From a virus (taxonomy: Duplodnaviria; Caudoviricetes), in IMG/VR virus record IMGVR_UViG_3300037400_001617: a stretch of 64,000 nt of DNA; one strand, written 5' to 3'. The notes beneath the pieces are model-generated. The model was given only the letters and a program-made list of their open reading frames with translations, was not told where the DNA came from and did not search any database. A program made the position numbers and the translations under genes. This document shows, piece by piece, positions 9,886-19,198 of this stretch (positions within the stretch are counted from its first letter, which is position 1; every line of letters begins with the position of its first letter).

Positions 9886-10105
9886 GGTGGAGACTCCTGA
9901 CAGTCTCCACCGCTTTTCAACTAGACTCCTAACGTACCACCTATTAATCAGGATCATAGGTAGTAGGCTTTGCTCATTAGGAGTACCCATAGCGCTCGAC
10001 TAATAGCTCTTTCTGAGAGCCACTCGAACTATTAGCCGCTCGCACTCTAAATGTGATACAATCATTCGCTCAACTCTTAGAACAGAGAGAACTTAATCTT
10101 CTCAC
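9886..10105 (-). ncRNA. Candidate structured leader/ncRNA ending in a GC hairpin
   Basis: 12-bp stem 9998-10009/10026-10037; nested 10-bp stems 9925-9934/9975-9984 and 9935-9944/9956-9965; hairpin 9886-9895/9902-9911. Confidence 0.55.
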
Positions 10106-10111
10106 ACTATT

Positions 10112-10143
10112 ATAGTATACAGTTGTTTATGATTACTTTTACG
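10112..10143 (-). promoter_or_regulatory. Bipartite early-type promoter CGTAAAAGT-N15-TATACTAT
   Basis: Same boxes and 15-nt spacing as 19992-20023 and 36248-36279. Confidence 0.7.
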
Positions 10144-10204
10144 TATGTACATCTCTACCCAATCACCAACGATACAGTAATCAAAGAAGAAAGGAGCGTG
10201 CCAT

Positions 10205-11014
10205 ATGCCGCAAGATCTCTTTCGCAACTCTCAGATCTGTTCAATGGTAGCAGAGGGTGAGGTTGCCAATATCTTATCACATTTCGATTCTGATTATGTG
10301 ATGTCTGTAATTCACGATCACTTGGTTAATAGGTTCACCTACTCCAGTGCTGTGATGACTAAGCCAAACATAGTTGTATCATACAATATGACCTTCAGAA
10401 ACCTTGAGCAGATGTATCCTCTCGATGCACAGAACATTCGTGAGGTTGAGCAGGCATCGTATCAGGAGATCATAGATACAATCTGTCAATTCTATGGATT
10501 CCAGTTTGTTCCTCCAGCAGAGGACACTGATCTATTCACTATAGCACTCTATATGTATGAGTGCTTTGTATCAAAGTTCGACGCTTTCGTTTCTCAGTTC
10601 TATGCAAACTTTATCATGCTGAATAAGGATGCTCTTTGGGATGCACTTGAACTGGTGAACTACAAGAAAGATAAAGACGTTACTACAGTATACGGTAAGA
10701 AAGCATATGATGACATTAAGATGGCTATCATTTGTGCGAAGATGAATGAAGTCCTTTATTACCTTAAGGGTCTTGACATTGATCTCCCCACATATCTTCA
10801 GACATGCTATCCTATAGAGTATGCAAATCTCTTAGCAGATCATGTAAAGGGAGAGAACTTCTACGCAACGTTTATAGCAACTGCTATAGATGTACCTTCG
10901 GTAGTGACAGACATCAAACTCAAGATACACAATACATTGTGTACACAGAATGATATCTCTGTACTCATTCCTCAGCCAGAAGAGAATGGAGATACTACAA
11001 GTGAGGAGGAATAA
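10205..11014 (+). CDS. Hypothetical late protein
   Basis: 269 aa; SD AAGGAG; AACGatacagTA at 10168-10179. Confidence 0.75.
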   Translation: MPQDLFRNSQICSMVAEGEVANILSHFDSDYVMSVIHDHLVNRFTYSSAVMTKPNIVVSYNMTFRNLEQMYPLDAQNIREVEQASYQEIIDTICQFYGFQFVPPAEDTDLFTIALYMYECFVSKFDAFVSQFYANFIMLNKDALWDALELVNYKKDKDVTTVYGKKAYDDIKMAIICAKMNEVLYYLKGLDIDLPTYLQTCYPIEYANLLADHVKGENFYATFIATAIDVPSVVTDIKLKIHNTLCTQNDISVLIPQPEENGDTTSEEE

Positions 11015-11017
11015 TAA

Positions 11018-12703
11018 ATGCCTAGCAGTAAGAGAGGTTATGAGATAGACTTATCCCATGAGGGTGCATATACTACTGGTGATAAGACTATCTATGATGG
11101 TGCTGACCATTCAGCTGAAGTAGATCTTATCATTGGAGCTCTTGATGAACAGAGGAAACAGAATGCCGACAACCAGGTACTGGATCCTATCATTGGAAGA
11201 GCTCCAGAGATGAAAGGAAACTATAACGGCTTTGCAGCAAACGTTAACCCGTTAGAAGCAGAGAGAATTATCGAAATGGACGAGATGGGAGCTCTCACTA
11301 GTGGAATAGTGAAGGGTCTTCTCAAGAATCCAGACGGAATGTCCATAGAGGATCTCGACTACTTCACAAAAATACAAGAAGCAAACGCAAAGTACAATAA
11401 GGAGGATATGGCAATGGCCGAAATGGAACAGAACATTCAGAAACAGATCAATGCAGAAGGATTCGATACTATGGAGGGCTTTATGGAAGCCAGTATAATG
11501 GCTGACCTTGGTAAGGTAAACTCCAGAATCCAGGATGCAGAAGATCCCAATGCAGTAATTGATGTAGATGAGGAGGTAAAGGAGGACGAGTCCGAAGTGT
11601 TTCCTGAAGAGTCAGTCGACACTGAAGCTACTGAGTTTACTCCTGAAGTCGGCACTGTTGAGAGTCTTGGCGAAGCTATTCAGGTGAATGATGATATGGA
11701 ACCCGTAAAGGTTGCTGAAGAGCAGAAAGCTCCTATAACGGATGAAGATCTCGAGGACGTTCCTGTATCTTCACTCGAAGTTACAGATGAACAGGTTCTT
11801 ACAAACATGCATAACATCGTCGGCGAGGGAATCTCTGATAATGATGCTATGGCTCTCATAGATATTATGAGACGCTACAAAGCAGGAGAGAAGTTCTCTG
11901 TATTCAATGCTCTCCCTGAGTCTATCAAGATTCAGATTCGTAAGTCAGCTTCAGAGACTGGAGAAGCTCCGAGACATGCTATTCTCGAGTTCTTTGCTAA
12001 GAACCTTATCAATGATATCATCTCTGATGCTTTCATGAGTACCGAGATCAATAACTTCCAGGAAGAGTTGAATACATATGCTAAAGCTGCAGGTAATGTA
12101 ACTGGTGTTATCGTCGACTCTTATACCGATGAAGTAAAGGAGAAGTTTGAGACTGGTCTTCTTGAGACAGCCGATAAGATTCAGGAGGCTAATCCTGAGA
12201 AAGCAGAAGAGCTCAGAGAGATCGCTAAGTACTTTCGATACACTCACACTCTCGAACTCGTCAAGAAGCATATCGAGAATGGTGGAGACACTTATCTCAA
12301 CCGCTGCTATAAGAAGTCGCGTAAGATCAAGCAGTACACAGCATCCTTCAATGCTTACTATGAAGGTACTGTACCGAAGATCAGAGACATCGAAACACTT
12401 GCTATCCCCTTCCGTCAGTTAATGGTGGATGAAGAGACAGCTGAGACACTCATAGTAATGCTTGGTGATACTTGCTATGAACAGCCTAAGGGTTCACTCG
12501 TAGGAAATATCTATGCATTCTATCTTCTCACTGGTATAATGAATATCGCTATGTCTGCAGACACTAGTGATACTATCCGTGAGATCAGAAACAATATCGC
12601 TGTTATCGTGTCACAGGTTCGTCAGTTCCTCAACAGAAGACTGAAGGACTCCAAGTACGGCGGTGGTAAGAAGAGAAAGAAGGGTAAGAAAGGGAAGCGT
12701 TAA
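11018..12703 (+). CDS. Hypothetical acidic protein with basic C-terminal tail
   Basis: 561 aa; acidic disordered N-half; ends GGGKKRKKGKKGKR. Confidence 0.75.
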   Translation: MPSSKRGYEIDLSHEGAYTTGDKTIYDGADHSAEVDLIIGALDEQRKQNADNQVLDPIIGRAPEMKGNYNGFAANVNPLEAERIIEMDEMGALTSGIVKGLLKNPDGMSIEDLDYFTKIQEANAKYNKEDMAMAEMEQNIQKQINAEGFDTMEGFMEASIMADLGKVNSRIQDAEDPNAVIDVDEEVKEDESEVFPEESVDTEATEFTPEVGTVESLGEAIQVNDDMEPVKVAEEQKAPITDEDLEDVPVSSLEVTDEQVLTNMHNIVGEGISDNDAMALIDIMRRYKAGEKFSVFNALPESIKIQIRKSASETGEAPRHAILEFFAKNLINDIISDAFMSTEINNFQEELNTYAKAAGNVTGVIVDSYTDEVKEKFETGLLETADKIQEANPEKAEELREIAKYFRYTHTLELVKKHIENGGDTYLNRCYKKSRKIKQYTASFNAYYEGTVPKIRDIETLAIPFRQLMVDEETAETLIVMLGDTCYEQPKGSLVGNIYAFYLLTGIMNIAMSADTSDTIREIRNNIAVIVSQVRQFLNRRLKDSKYGGGKKRKKGKKGKR

Positions 12704-12749
12704 TGCTTCCCAAACTATCCTATAATCTATAAATAGGAGGTTCACTTCA

Positions 12750-13172
12750 ATGGTAAACGAAAAAGGTAGCTTAACTTTTCTGAAGACTGATGCACAGTGT
12801 TTCTTTCAGCTTCAGTTAACAGTATGGAACCAAACTCCTAAGGGAGCTAAAGGAACTATCTTTCAGGTAAGTTCGCTCAACGAATATCAGATCGATGTCA
12901 TCAGTGATGAAGCACCTGGTCTGAAGACATACAACTGCAGAATCGTAGGATTCACTATGAGAAATCGTCCTGACTATAAGGGCTTTGTTAACTACGATAA
13001 AGAAACTAACCAGGCTAAGCTTGCAGAAGTAGATACTATCAAGATAGACTACTCCGAGGACGGCAAAGCTGGTGTTACTAGCATCAATGTATGCGACATT
13101 CGTGATATCAGATTAACCTATGCTCCTGGACAGGACTTTGAAGTTATAAGAGATATCAAGGATTTCAGATAA
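12750..13172 (+). CDS. Hypothetical beta-rich protein (paralog of 3139-3471 and 3527-4195)
   Basis: IKIDYS...INVCDIRDI; AACTatcctaTA at 12713-12724. Confidence 0.7.
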   Translation: MVNEKGSLTFLKTDAQCFFQLQLTVWNQTPKGAKGTIFQVSSLNEYQIDVISDEAPGLKTYNCRIVGFTMRNRPDYKGFVNYDKETNQAKLAEVDTIKIDYSEDGKAGVTSINVCDIRDIRLTYAPGQDFEVIRDIKDFR

Positions 13173-13184
13173 GGGGTGATTGCG

Positions 13185-13745
13185 ATGGCCAAGTTCTACA
13201 ATGCTGATGGCACTATCACATCTACCGATAAAATCCTTGACGAATACTATAAAAGGAAAGGTACACCGATGGACTATAATGACTATCTCGGCAGTGATGC
13301 ACTTGAAGAGACTTCCAAAGATACAGGTTCTTGGAAGAAGGTAATCACTGGTACAAAAAGAAACAGCGACGGTACACCGAATATGGGTGACGTATCAGAC
13401 GGCTACCATACATTCGATGAACTCTACGAACACAGAAGCATTCTGTTCTTAGCATTACTGCGTTCTATACAGGATGTAAATGAGTTCGCTGAGTATGAAA
13501 GCCTTCATATTTCTGCACATCCATGGTACTCTAAACAGCATGAAGATGGAACTATGTTTCCTGGAATGTTCATTGCTGGTATGAGTACTGATTATGGAAG
13601 TGTAACATATCACTTCGACGAAAAGTATCTCCCCTTATTCGAAAAGGCTGAGATTGAGTACTTGGAGAGAGCACCTAAATGGGACGGCCACACTCCACAG
13701 GATGGACTTGAAGTTATAAAGTCTCTATTCTGTGGAAACGAGTAA
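13185..13745 (+). CDS. WDGH-motif phage protein
   Basis: SDGYHTFDELYEHR..LF, W.SK.H.DG, TYH and APKWDGHT are the signature of a widespread phage family. Confidence 0.75.
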   Translation: MAKFYNADGTITSTDKILDEYYKRKGTPMDYNDYLGSDALEETSKDTGSWKKVITGTKRNSDGTPNMGDVSDGYHTFDELYEHRSILFLALLRSIQDVNEFAEYESLHISAHPWYSKQHEDGTMFPGMFIAGMSTDYGSVTYHFDEKYLPLFEKAEIEYLERAPKWDGHTPQDGLEVIKSLFCGNE

Positions 13746-13763
13746 CTAAGAGAGGTTAGTTGT

Positions 13764-13910
13764 ATGGGAATGTATACCGAAGCAGAGATTTCTGCTACTT
13801 TAAGACACATAGATGACGAGCTGCACAATATCAATCTCAATCTTATAGAGTTGATCAAGGCGGTTCGTTCTATAAATGAAACTAAGAAAGAGGTAAACGC
13901 ACATGAATAA
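13764..13910 (+). CDS. Small coiled-coil protein (48 aa)
   Basis: Not in track; SD AGAGG; MGMYTEAEISATLRHIDDELHNINLNLIELIKAVRSINETKKEVNAHE; fills the gap and overlaps the next start. Confidence 0.6.
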   Translation: MGMYTEAEISATLRHIDDELHNINLNLIELIKAVRSINETKKEVNAHE

Positions 13911-14784
13911 GAACAACATTTCACCCACAGGCATCATGGCAACTTTTGCCAACATTGTCTCCTTTCTCATAGGAGCATACAACAAGGATAACGAATTCGA
14001 CGTTAAGAAGGACTTCGTTGACCAGGTCAAGGGATACAAGAACTTTCTTGCAGATCAGAACTGGGATGCTACTACTCTTACTGCTGAAGAGATCACTGCA
14101 TTCGGCGGTCTCAGAATAAAACCAGAGGAAGATCTCTTCTTTATTCCTCCTTGGCTCGTAGAGTTCCTTCCTGAGGACTTCCAGCTTATTGACATAGAGC
14201 TTGGTACAAACGCTCACGTTGTAGTAAAGGATATAGACAGGGAAAAGCTCTGGAGCACGGATACAAACGACTACGGTGTCACCAAGTATGCTATTCAGGC
14301 AGTCTCAGAGTCTGACTTTAAGTCAAATAAGGGACTTATGTTCTCTGAAGCTCTTAAGCTGATCACTGATCCTAATAAGGATGGTATGATTATGAGACTT
14401 CCTAACTGGCAGCCCGATGTGTTCATCAAGACTCAGTGGACTGATGAGAACAGTAAGATGACTCATCCTTACCTTTACGTAACCAGCAGATTCGGCTGTG
14501 TTCCGTGGAAGGAAACTGTACCTGAGATGTTCAGCTGTAAGTGGGAAGTATATCAGGAGGACTACTATAACGAAGTAGTAGAAGAGATGAAGAAGCAGAA
14601 GGAAGAGCTCTTCCAGAAGGCTGTACAGCAGAACTTAGCAGCTAACGGTGGTAGGGGTGTAAACGTAGAGCAGATCGGAAAGGATCTTCTTGAGGGACTC
14701 ATGCAGAAGCCTGAAGAGAAGAATGACGGCTGCGAGTGCGATCCTGAAATCGACGCTACTCATTCTGACGAAGTAGATAAATGA
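13903..14784 (+). CDS. Two-domain protein containing a DUF2829/Tad2-like domain
   Basis: MFSEALK...MRLPNW...F...PYLY......VPW......MFSCKW matches the DUF2829 pattern M.F.EAL..K...R..W...PY...VPW......DW. Confidence 0.7.
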   Translation: MNKNNISPTGIMATFANIVSFLIGAYNKDNEFDVKKDFVDQVKGYKNFLADQNWDATTLTAEEITAFGGLRIKPEEDLFFIPPWLVEFLPEDFQLIDIELGTNAHVVVKDIDREKLWSTDTNDYGVTKYAIQAVSESDFKSNKGLMFSEALKLITDPNKDGMIMRLPNWQPDVFIKTQWTDENSKMTHPYLYVTSRFGCVPWKETVPEMFSCKWEVYQEDYYNEVVEEMKKQKEELFQKAVQQNLAANGGRGVNVEQIGKDLLEGLMQKPEEKNDGCECDPEIDATHSDEVDK

Positions 14785-14911
14785 ATAGCTGAACTGGAGT
14801 CAGGATTCGCTAAGCAAGAGAGCATCGTGACTAACCAGTTCGAAGAAGACTTCTTTTATCCAAGCTTCGACAGTGAGATCACTTCGCAGTTCATCTGACA
14901 AAAAACAAACG

Positions 14912-14933
14912 GGAGGGCGCATAAGCGTCCTCC
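14912..14933. terminator. Bidirectional terminator-like hairpin
   Basis: GGAGGGCGC-ataa-GCGTCCTCC with an A-tract before and a T-rich tract after; lies between convergent genes. Confidence 0.65.
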
Positions 14934-14943
14934 TATATTTTGT

Positions 14944-16488
14944 TTACTTCATAGACACTACATGGTTCTTAACCACGATGTGATTAGAACATATAGTGTC
15001 AAATCCCTCGTTGTGAGAGATTACCATGAGTGTGCTATGACACTCACGGTTGATAAGATCTATTGCCCTGTTTCTGTTTCTCTCATCAAGGTTTGACGTA
15101 ACCTCATCAAGAATGAAGATCTTGTTTGGGTTGCGTCTCATCTCGACTATTGTCCTTGCAAGCAGCACGCGCTGCTTGAGACCTGTTGAAAGCTTGAAGC
15201 CCTTTGATCCAACAGGGCAGTCGAGAAGCTTATCGATCTCTACTGGAACGCCTTCAACTCTGAAAGCGTTTCTAAGATCGTTAAGCATATCGAGTTCCTT
15301 AAAGATCTTGATGATCTCTTCATCAGTAACAGTCTCGTCACCAAATGTAACATTGTTTCTGAGACTATCATTCAGAAGAGTTGTCTCCTGGAATACATAG
15401 TATGTATCCAGATTTTCTGGGAGACCAAAGATCTCTTCAGACTTAATCGCACCAGCGATCAAGTTTCCGAAACTTGACTTGCCCTCACCAGATGCACCAG
15501 TGATAAGATATCTTTCACAGCGTCTGATACTGATGTTGTTCACAGTGAACTGAGCGCTGTCCTTCCCATAATCGAAAGAGCCAGATACTGTGAACTGAGA
15601 AGGCATAGAAATCTTCTCATCGTTATCGTTGCCTTCGAGAGCTTCAATCTGCTTGGTAGCAGCCTTAATTTTCGAAGTGTATGCAACGATATCGATGCAC
15701 TTGAAGATTGCATTGTAGATTACATATTCGTTAATGAATACATAACCTAAAGTCTCCTTGTCCCATCTAAAGAAGTATGCAATGAAGCATACGGGGATAT
15801 AAGAGACAGCCTGGCACAGACCGAACCAAGCTCTCTTCTTGATATTGGTACTGTACTTGTACGAGTCATCTGCTGCGTCAGCGACTCTGTTAAATAAGTA
15901 AGAGAACTTACTAGCGTACTTGAGAGTAAGTAAGTTCTCAAGACCATCAACAAGAACTGACTCCAGCTTAGCAGCAGCATCATGTTCGTTCTCGTTGAAC
16001 TTGAACTTTTCGTTGCCCCATAAGTACATAGCAGAGCTAAGTACGAAGCAGCTGAAAAGGATGACTATAGATGCAATGGAAGTACGGATCTTCCATATCA
16101 TAATAGCCATAGGAAGAATACAACTGAAACAGGATACGATAGTCACATATCTCTGTCCAGTGTATTCAGAGATCTTATTGATACTGTCGATGATAGTACC
16201 AACAGAGATCTTATTGATACTCTTAGTCTCAGACCAAGCCGACTTCTCAGTCAGTCTTGTCTTAAGATCAAAGTATACTGTTGAGCTAGCCTTACGACCA
16301 GCTGCATCTCTCGCTGTATCGAGAACGGCGAAAGCTACATTGCAGATGATGAGACCGATAAACAGTCTCTTACTGAATCCATTAGCAATGAGCTTTGAAA
16401 TCACAGTAGCGTTGGCAGTGTTCTGCAAGCCAACAAGGATGGTGAGGACCACCATTAAGATGGTCAGCATAGTTACTTTCTTCTTCAT
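14944..16488 (-). CDS. ABC exporter half-transporter (TMD + NBD fusion)
   Basis: Several hydrophobic segments; Walker A GASGEGKS; Q-loop VFQE; signature LSTGLKQR; Walker B FILDEVTSNLD; H-loop ISH. Start at the ATG after AAGGAGG. Confidence 0.9.
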   Translation of the reverse strand: MKKKVTMLTILMVVLTILVGLQNTANATVISKLIANGFSKRLFIGLIICNVAFAVLDTARDAAGRKASSTVYFDLKTRLTEKSAWSETKSINKISVGTIIDSINKISEYTGQRYVTIVSCFSCILPMAIMIWKIRTSIASIVILFSCFVLSSAMYLWGNEKFKFNENEHDAAAKLESVLVDGLENLLTLKYASKFSYLFNRVADAADDSYKYSTNIKKRAWFGLCQAVSYIPVCFIAYFFRWDKETLGYVFINEYVIYNAIFKCIDIVAYTSKIKAATKQIEALEGNDNDEKISMPSQFTVSGSFDYGKDSAQFTVNNISIRRCERYLITGASGEGKSSFGNLIAGAIKSEEIFGLPENLDTYYVFQETTLLNDSLRNNVTFGDETVTDEEIIKIFKELDMLNDLRNAFRVEGVPVEIDKLLDCPVGSKGFKLSTGLKQRVLLARTIVEMRRNPNKIFILDEVTSNLDERNRNRAIDLINRECHSTLMVISHNEGFDTICSNHIVVKNHVVSMK

Positions 16489-16550
16489 ATAAAGGCCTCC
16501 TTTCAACCTCAGTCAAATTTGTTATTAGAAGAATGATTATAACTACCTAT

Positions 16551-16558
16551 ATAGTATA
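16551..16558 (-). promoter_or_regulatory. Early-type promoter box TATACTAT
   Basis: Upstream of the ABC gene. Confidence 0.55.
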
Positions 16559-16606
16559 CAGCCCAAAAGCAGTAAGATGACGGGAGCACTTAAGCTCCCG
16601 CCACTC

Positions 16607-18973
16607 TTAGTAGTCATAGTAGAAGTCGTCTTCATCATCGTCATCCACACTACTGTATGGATCATTCATATCCTTATAGAACTGGTCTATAGTACCAAGC
16701 ATACAGTACTGGTTTGCAGGATCCTCCAACTCTTCTATAGGTTTGTTGAACTTCTGGCTGTATGCCTTTCTACCTACTGGAGTAGAGAGAATCTTCTGAA
16801 GAGCCTCTTGGTCTTCTTGTCTCTGCTGTTCCAACCAGTCCTTGTAGAGCATGCTACCGTCATCCAGATCCTTAAGCTGCTGCTCTACTCTACCATGCAT
16901 ACCCTCAAGGTCGCCAGAGATATTGATTCCCTCTGTAGCCTCGAAGCTCTGGAAGATAGGCTCTTCAGCTTCATGCTGTTCAGTCTGGAGGTTAGGTATT
17001 CTTATACCCCAGTTCTCTGTAACGTTCTTACCATAGTACAGAGGATAGAGTGAAAGGAGATAAGAGAATACAGCATCATCGTGGCTCTGAGCAGAGTGGT
17101 CGATTCTACCAGTCTTCTTAACCTCAAGGTTCTTCAGCTCTTCATATATGATAGGAGATACGAACTTGTCCTTATGGTCTTCCATTCTAAGCATAAGAAG
17201 GTCCATAAGCTGTTCTCTAACTATCTTAGTGTTGTCGAGTCCATAGACTCTAGTGAGCTGTTTCTTACGATTGATATGGACTCCGTCATACTTCTCCTCT
17301 ATAGTCCTCTCCTTAATCTCATAGTAGAGATTAGACTTGATCTTAGACTTGAGAAGCTTTGCCAATACGCCTGTACCTACACCATTACGCTCTACTACTA
17401 CCAATGCATTTGGTGTCCAGTTGCTTACTACATCATAGATTACCCTAGCAAAGTCAATAGTAGATATGTAGTTACAGTTAAAGTCTGCCATAAGCTTAGA
17501 CGTTGTGGAATCTGTTATACTCATAGCGGATGAGTCTTTGTTATAGCCAGCGGCAACGTCACAGCCAATGATAGGAGCAATACCTGGTCTGAGCTCTTCA
17601 TATACATTGAGAAGAAATGCTCCGACATAGACTTGCTTCTTAGGTTGTCTAACGAATCTGCCAACAATATCAAGCTGTTCTTTTGTGAATGGTGAGTTCT
17701 CTGCAGACATAGCCCACTCAAGAAGGAACTCTCGACGGATGTCTGTCCACTTGTACTCTTGTTCACGGCAACGCTCTTTGAACCACTCTTCTGAATAGCC
17801 AAGCTGTTGATAAGTAGTCTTGATATGTACGAAGATACTCTTCTCGTTGGAGTTGAGTATATTGGTGAGCTCTTGGAGTGAAAGATCATACCAGAGTTCT
17901 GAGAATGGAGTCATGTTGCTTCTCATATCATACATATACTTACCGAACTCATCAGAGATGAATCCAGGTGTAGATGTAAGACAAAGTCCATGAGGAGCTC
18001 CATTGTCTTGACAGTTTCTGAAAGCTCTAGTCATGGCAGGCATTGCATTAGACAACGACTCTCCAAGGAATGGGAAGAACGCAGACTCGTCGAGCCAACA
18101 GTTAGTGATAGTACGACCTCTGAGGAGGGAGATAGCAGCAGTCTTAGAGGTTGCTCTAGCGAGTGCTTCTATCTTGTTGAAGTTGATTGGGTGCTGTACA
18201 TAAGATACAGTATTACGAGCCTTAAGCTTCTTACCGTTCTGACCAAATGCTTGGTCGAATCTAAGGTAAGATGGCAGAGCCTGTATAATCTTCTTCATAT
18301 CGTCAAGGTTTCTCTTAGCATCGTCCAGCTTCTTATTGAGGAAGACCATGTTAGCGTTTCGAGAACCGAAGTTGTATACCCATGAATACCATACTTCACA
18401 TCCTACTGTTTTACCAGTCTGACGAGGCTGCTCATGGTATACATTAAGAGACAATGTAAAGCAGAAGTTAAGAGCTAGGTTTCCTCTGTCAAGTTTGTAC
18501 CTGACGTAAGGTCCACCCTGGCTCTGTACTCTAACAACTTCTCTGATGTAGTAGAAGAAGTTACGTTGACACTCTATAAAGATCTTTTGCTTCATGAACA
18601 GAGGAAGCTTAGGATCATAGGGATCTACATTAGCGAGATCCTTATCAAAGAGTATAAGGAAGAACTTGTTGTTCTTGATTCCTATAGCTTTCAGATAGTA
18701 GTGCATATCCAGAAAGCTTTGGTTCTTAGTATTCATCTGAAAGTAGACAGTAGACCTTTGTCCCGTAAGAGGATCAGTCATCACGTTCTTATTCTGACTT
18801 GGTGGGACAAATGGCATTGTCTTCTTAGGTTTCATTTGTGAAGGATCAATATATTGGTTAGTCTGAACAGTTCCATCGTAAAAGATCTCTGATTCGTTAG
18901 AGCCAGTATATGTGCGGTCTTCTTTAGCGACATCAGTATCTTCGTCAAAAATCACTTCAATAGTACTTGCCAT
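16607..18973 (-). CDS. terL: Terminase large subunit
   Basis: Walker A PRQTGKT; Walker B CWLDESAF; coupling motif TSTPG; nuclease IGCDVAAG..D.S, ERNGVG and HDDAV. Start moved to the ATG at 18973 (SD AGAGGTG) because a late promoter (19022-19033) lies within the track's TTG extension. Confidence 0.92.
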   Translation of the reverse strand: MASTIEVIFDEDTDVAKEDRTYTGSNESEIFYDGTVQTNQYIDPSQMKPKKTMPFVPPSQNKNVMTDPLTGQRSTVYFQMNTKNQSFLDMHYYLKAIGIKNNKFFLILFDKDLANVDPYDPKLPLFMKQKIFIECQRNFFYYIREVVRVQSQGGPYVRYKLDRGNLALNFCFTLSLNVYHEQPRQTGKTVGCEVWYSWVYNFGSRNANMVFLNKKLDDAKRNLDDMKKIIQALPSYLRFDQAFGQNGKKLKARNTVSYVQHPINFNKIEALARATSKTAAISLLRGRTITNCWLDESAFFPFLGESLSNAMPAMTRAFRNCQDNGAPHGLCLTSTPGFISDEFGKYMYDMRSNMTPFSELWYDLSLQELTNILNSNEKSIFVHIKTTYQQLGYSEEWFKERCREQEYKWTDIRREFLLEWAMSAENSPFTKEQLDIVGRFVRQPKKQVYVGAFLLNVYEELRPGIAPIIGCDVAAGYNKDSSAMSITDSTTSKLMADFNCNYISTIDFARVIYDVVSNWTPNALVVVERNGVGTGVLAKLLKSKIKSNLYYEIKERTIEEKYDGVHINRKKQLTRVYGLDNTKIVREQLMDLLMLRMEDHKDKFVSPIIYEELKNLEVKKTGRIDHSAQSHDDAVFSYLLSLYPLYYGKNVTENWGIRIPNLQTEQHEAEEPIFQSFEATEGINISGDLEGMHGRVEQQLKDLDDGSMLYKDWLEQQRQEDQEALQKILSTPVGRKAYSQKFNKPIEELEDPANQYCMLGTIDQFYKDMNDPYSSVDDDDEDDFYYDY

Positions 18974-19048
18974 AATAACACCTCTTTCTGTAGTTGATAC
19001 AGTGGGCTCAATAGCCCTCTTTACGGAGATGTTCGACAAGAAAAAATA

Positions 19049-19068
19049 ACCTCCTGGTTAGAGGAGGT
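19049..19068 (-). terminator. Intrinsic terminator of the 19199-19804 cassette
   Basis: ACCTCCT/AGGAGGT stem followed by TATTTTTTC on the minus strand. Confidence 0.6.
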
Positions 19069-19198
19069 GTATCTAACTGATATACCGACGTTTGTGAGCT
19101 GTATATCATAGATACTAAATAGCGTAGATCATTCAGAAATGAGGACAGGAGGGCATAGTTTTATGGCTTTACCCTCCTTGATTTTCGGCCAGTTTTAT

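Noticed and set aside
9960-9985. c-di-GMP-I riboswitch suggested by GCAAAGCC
   Set aside because: The upstream GGCAAAC and GAAA-tetraloop P2 and the downstream conserved residues are missing.
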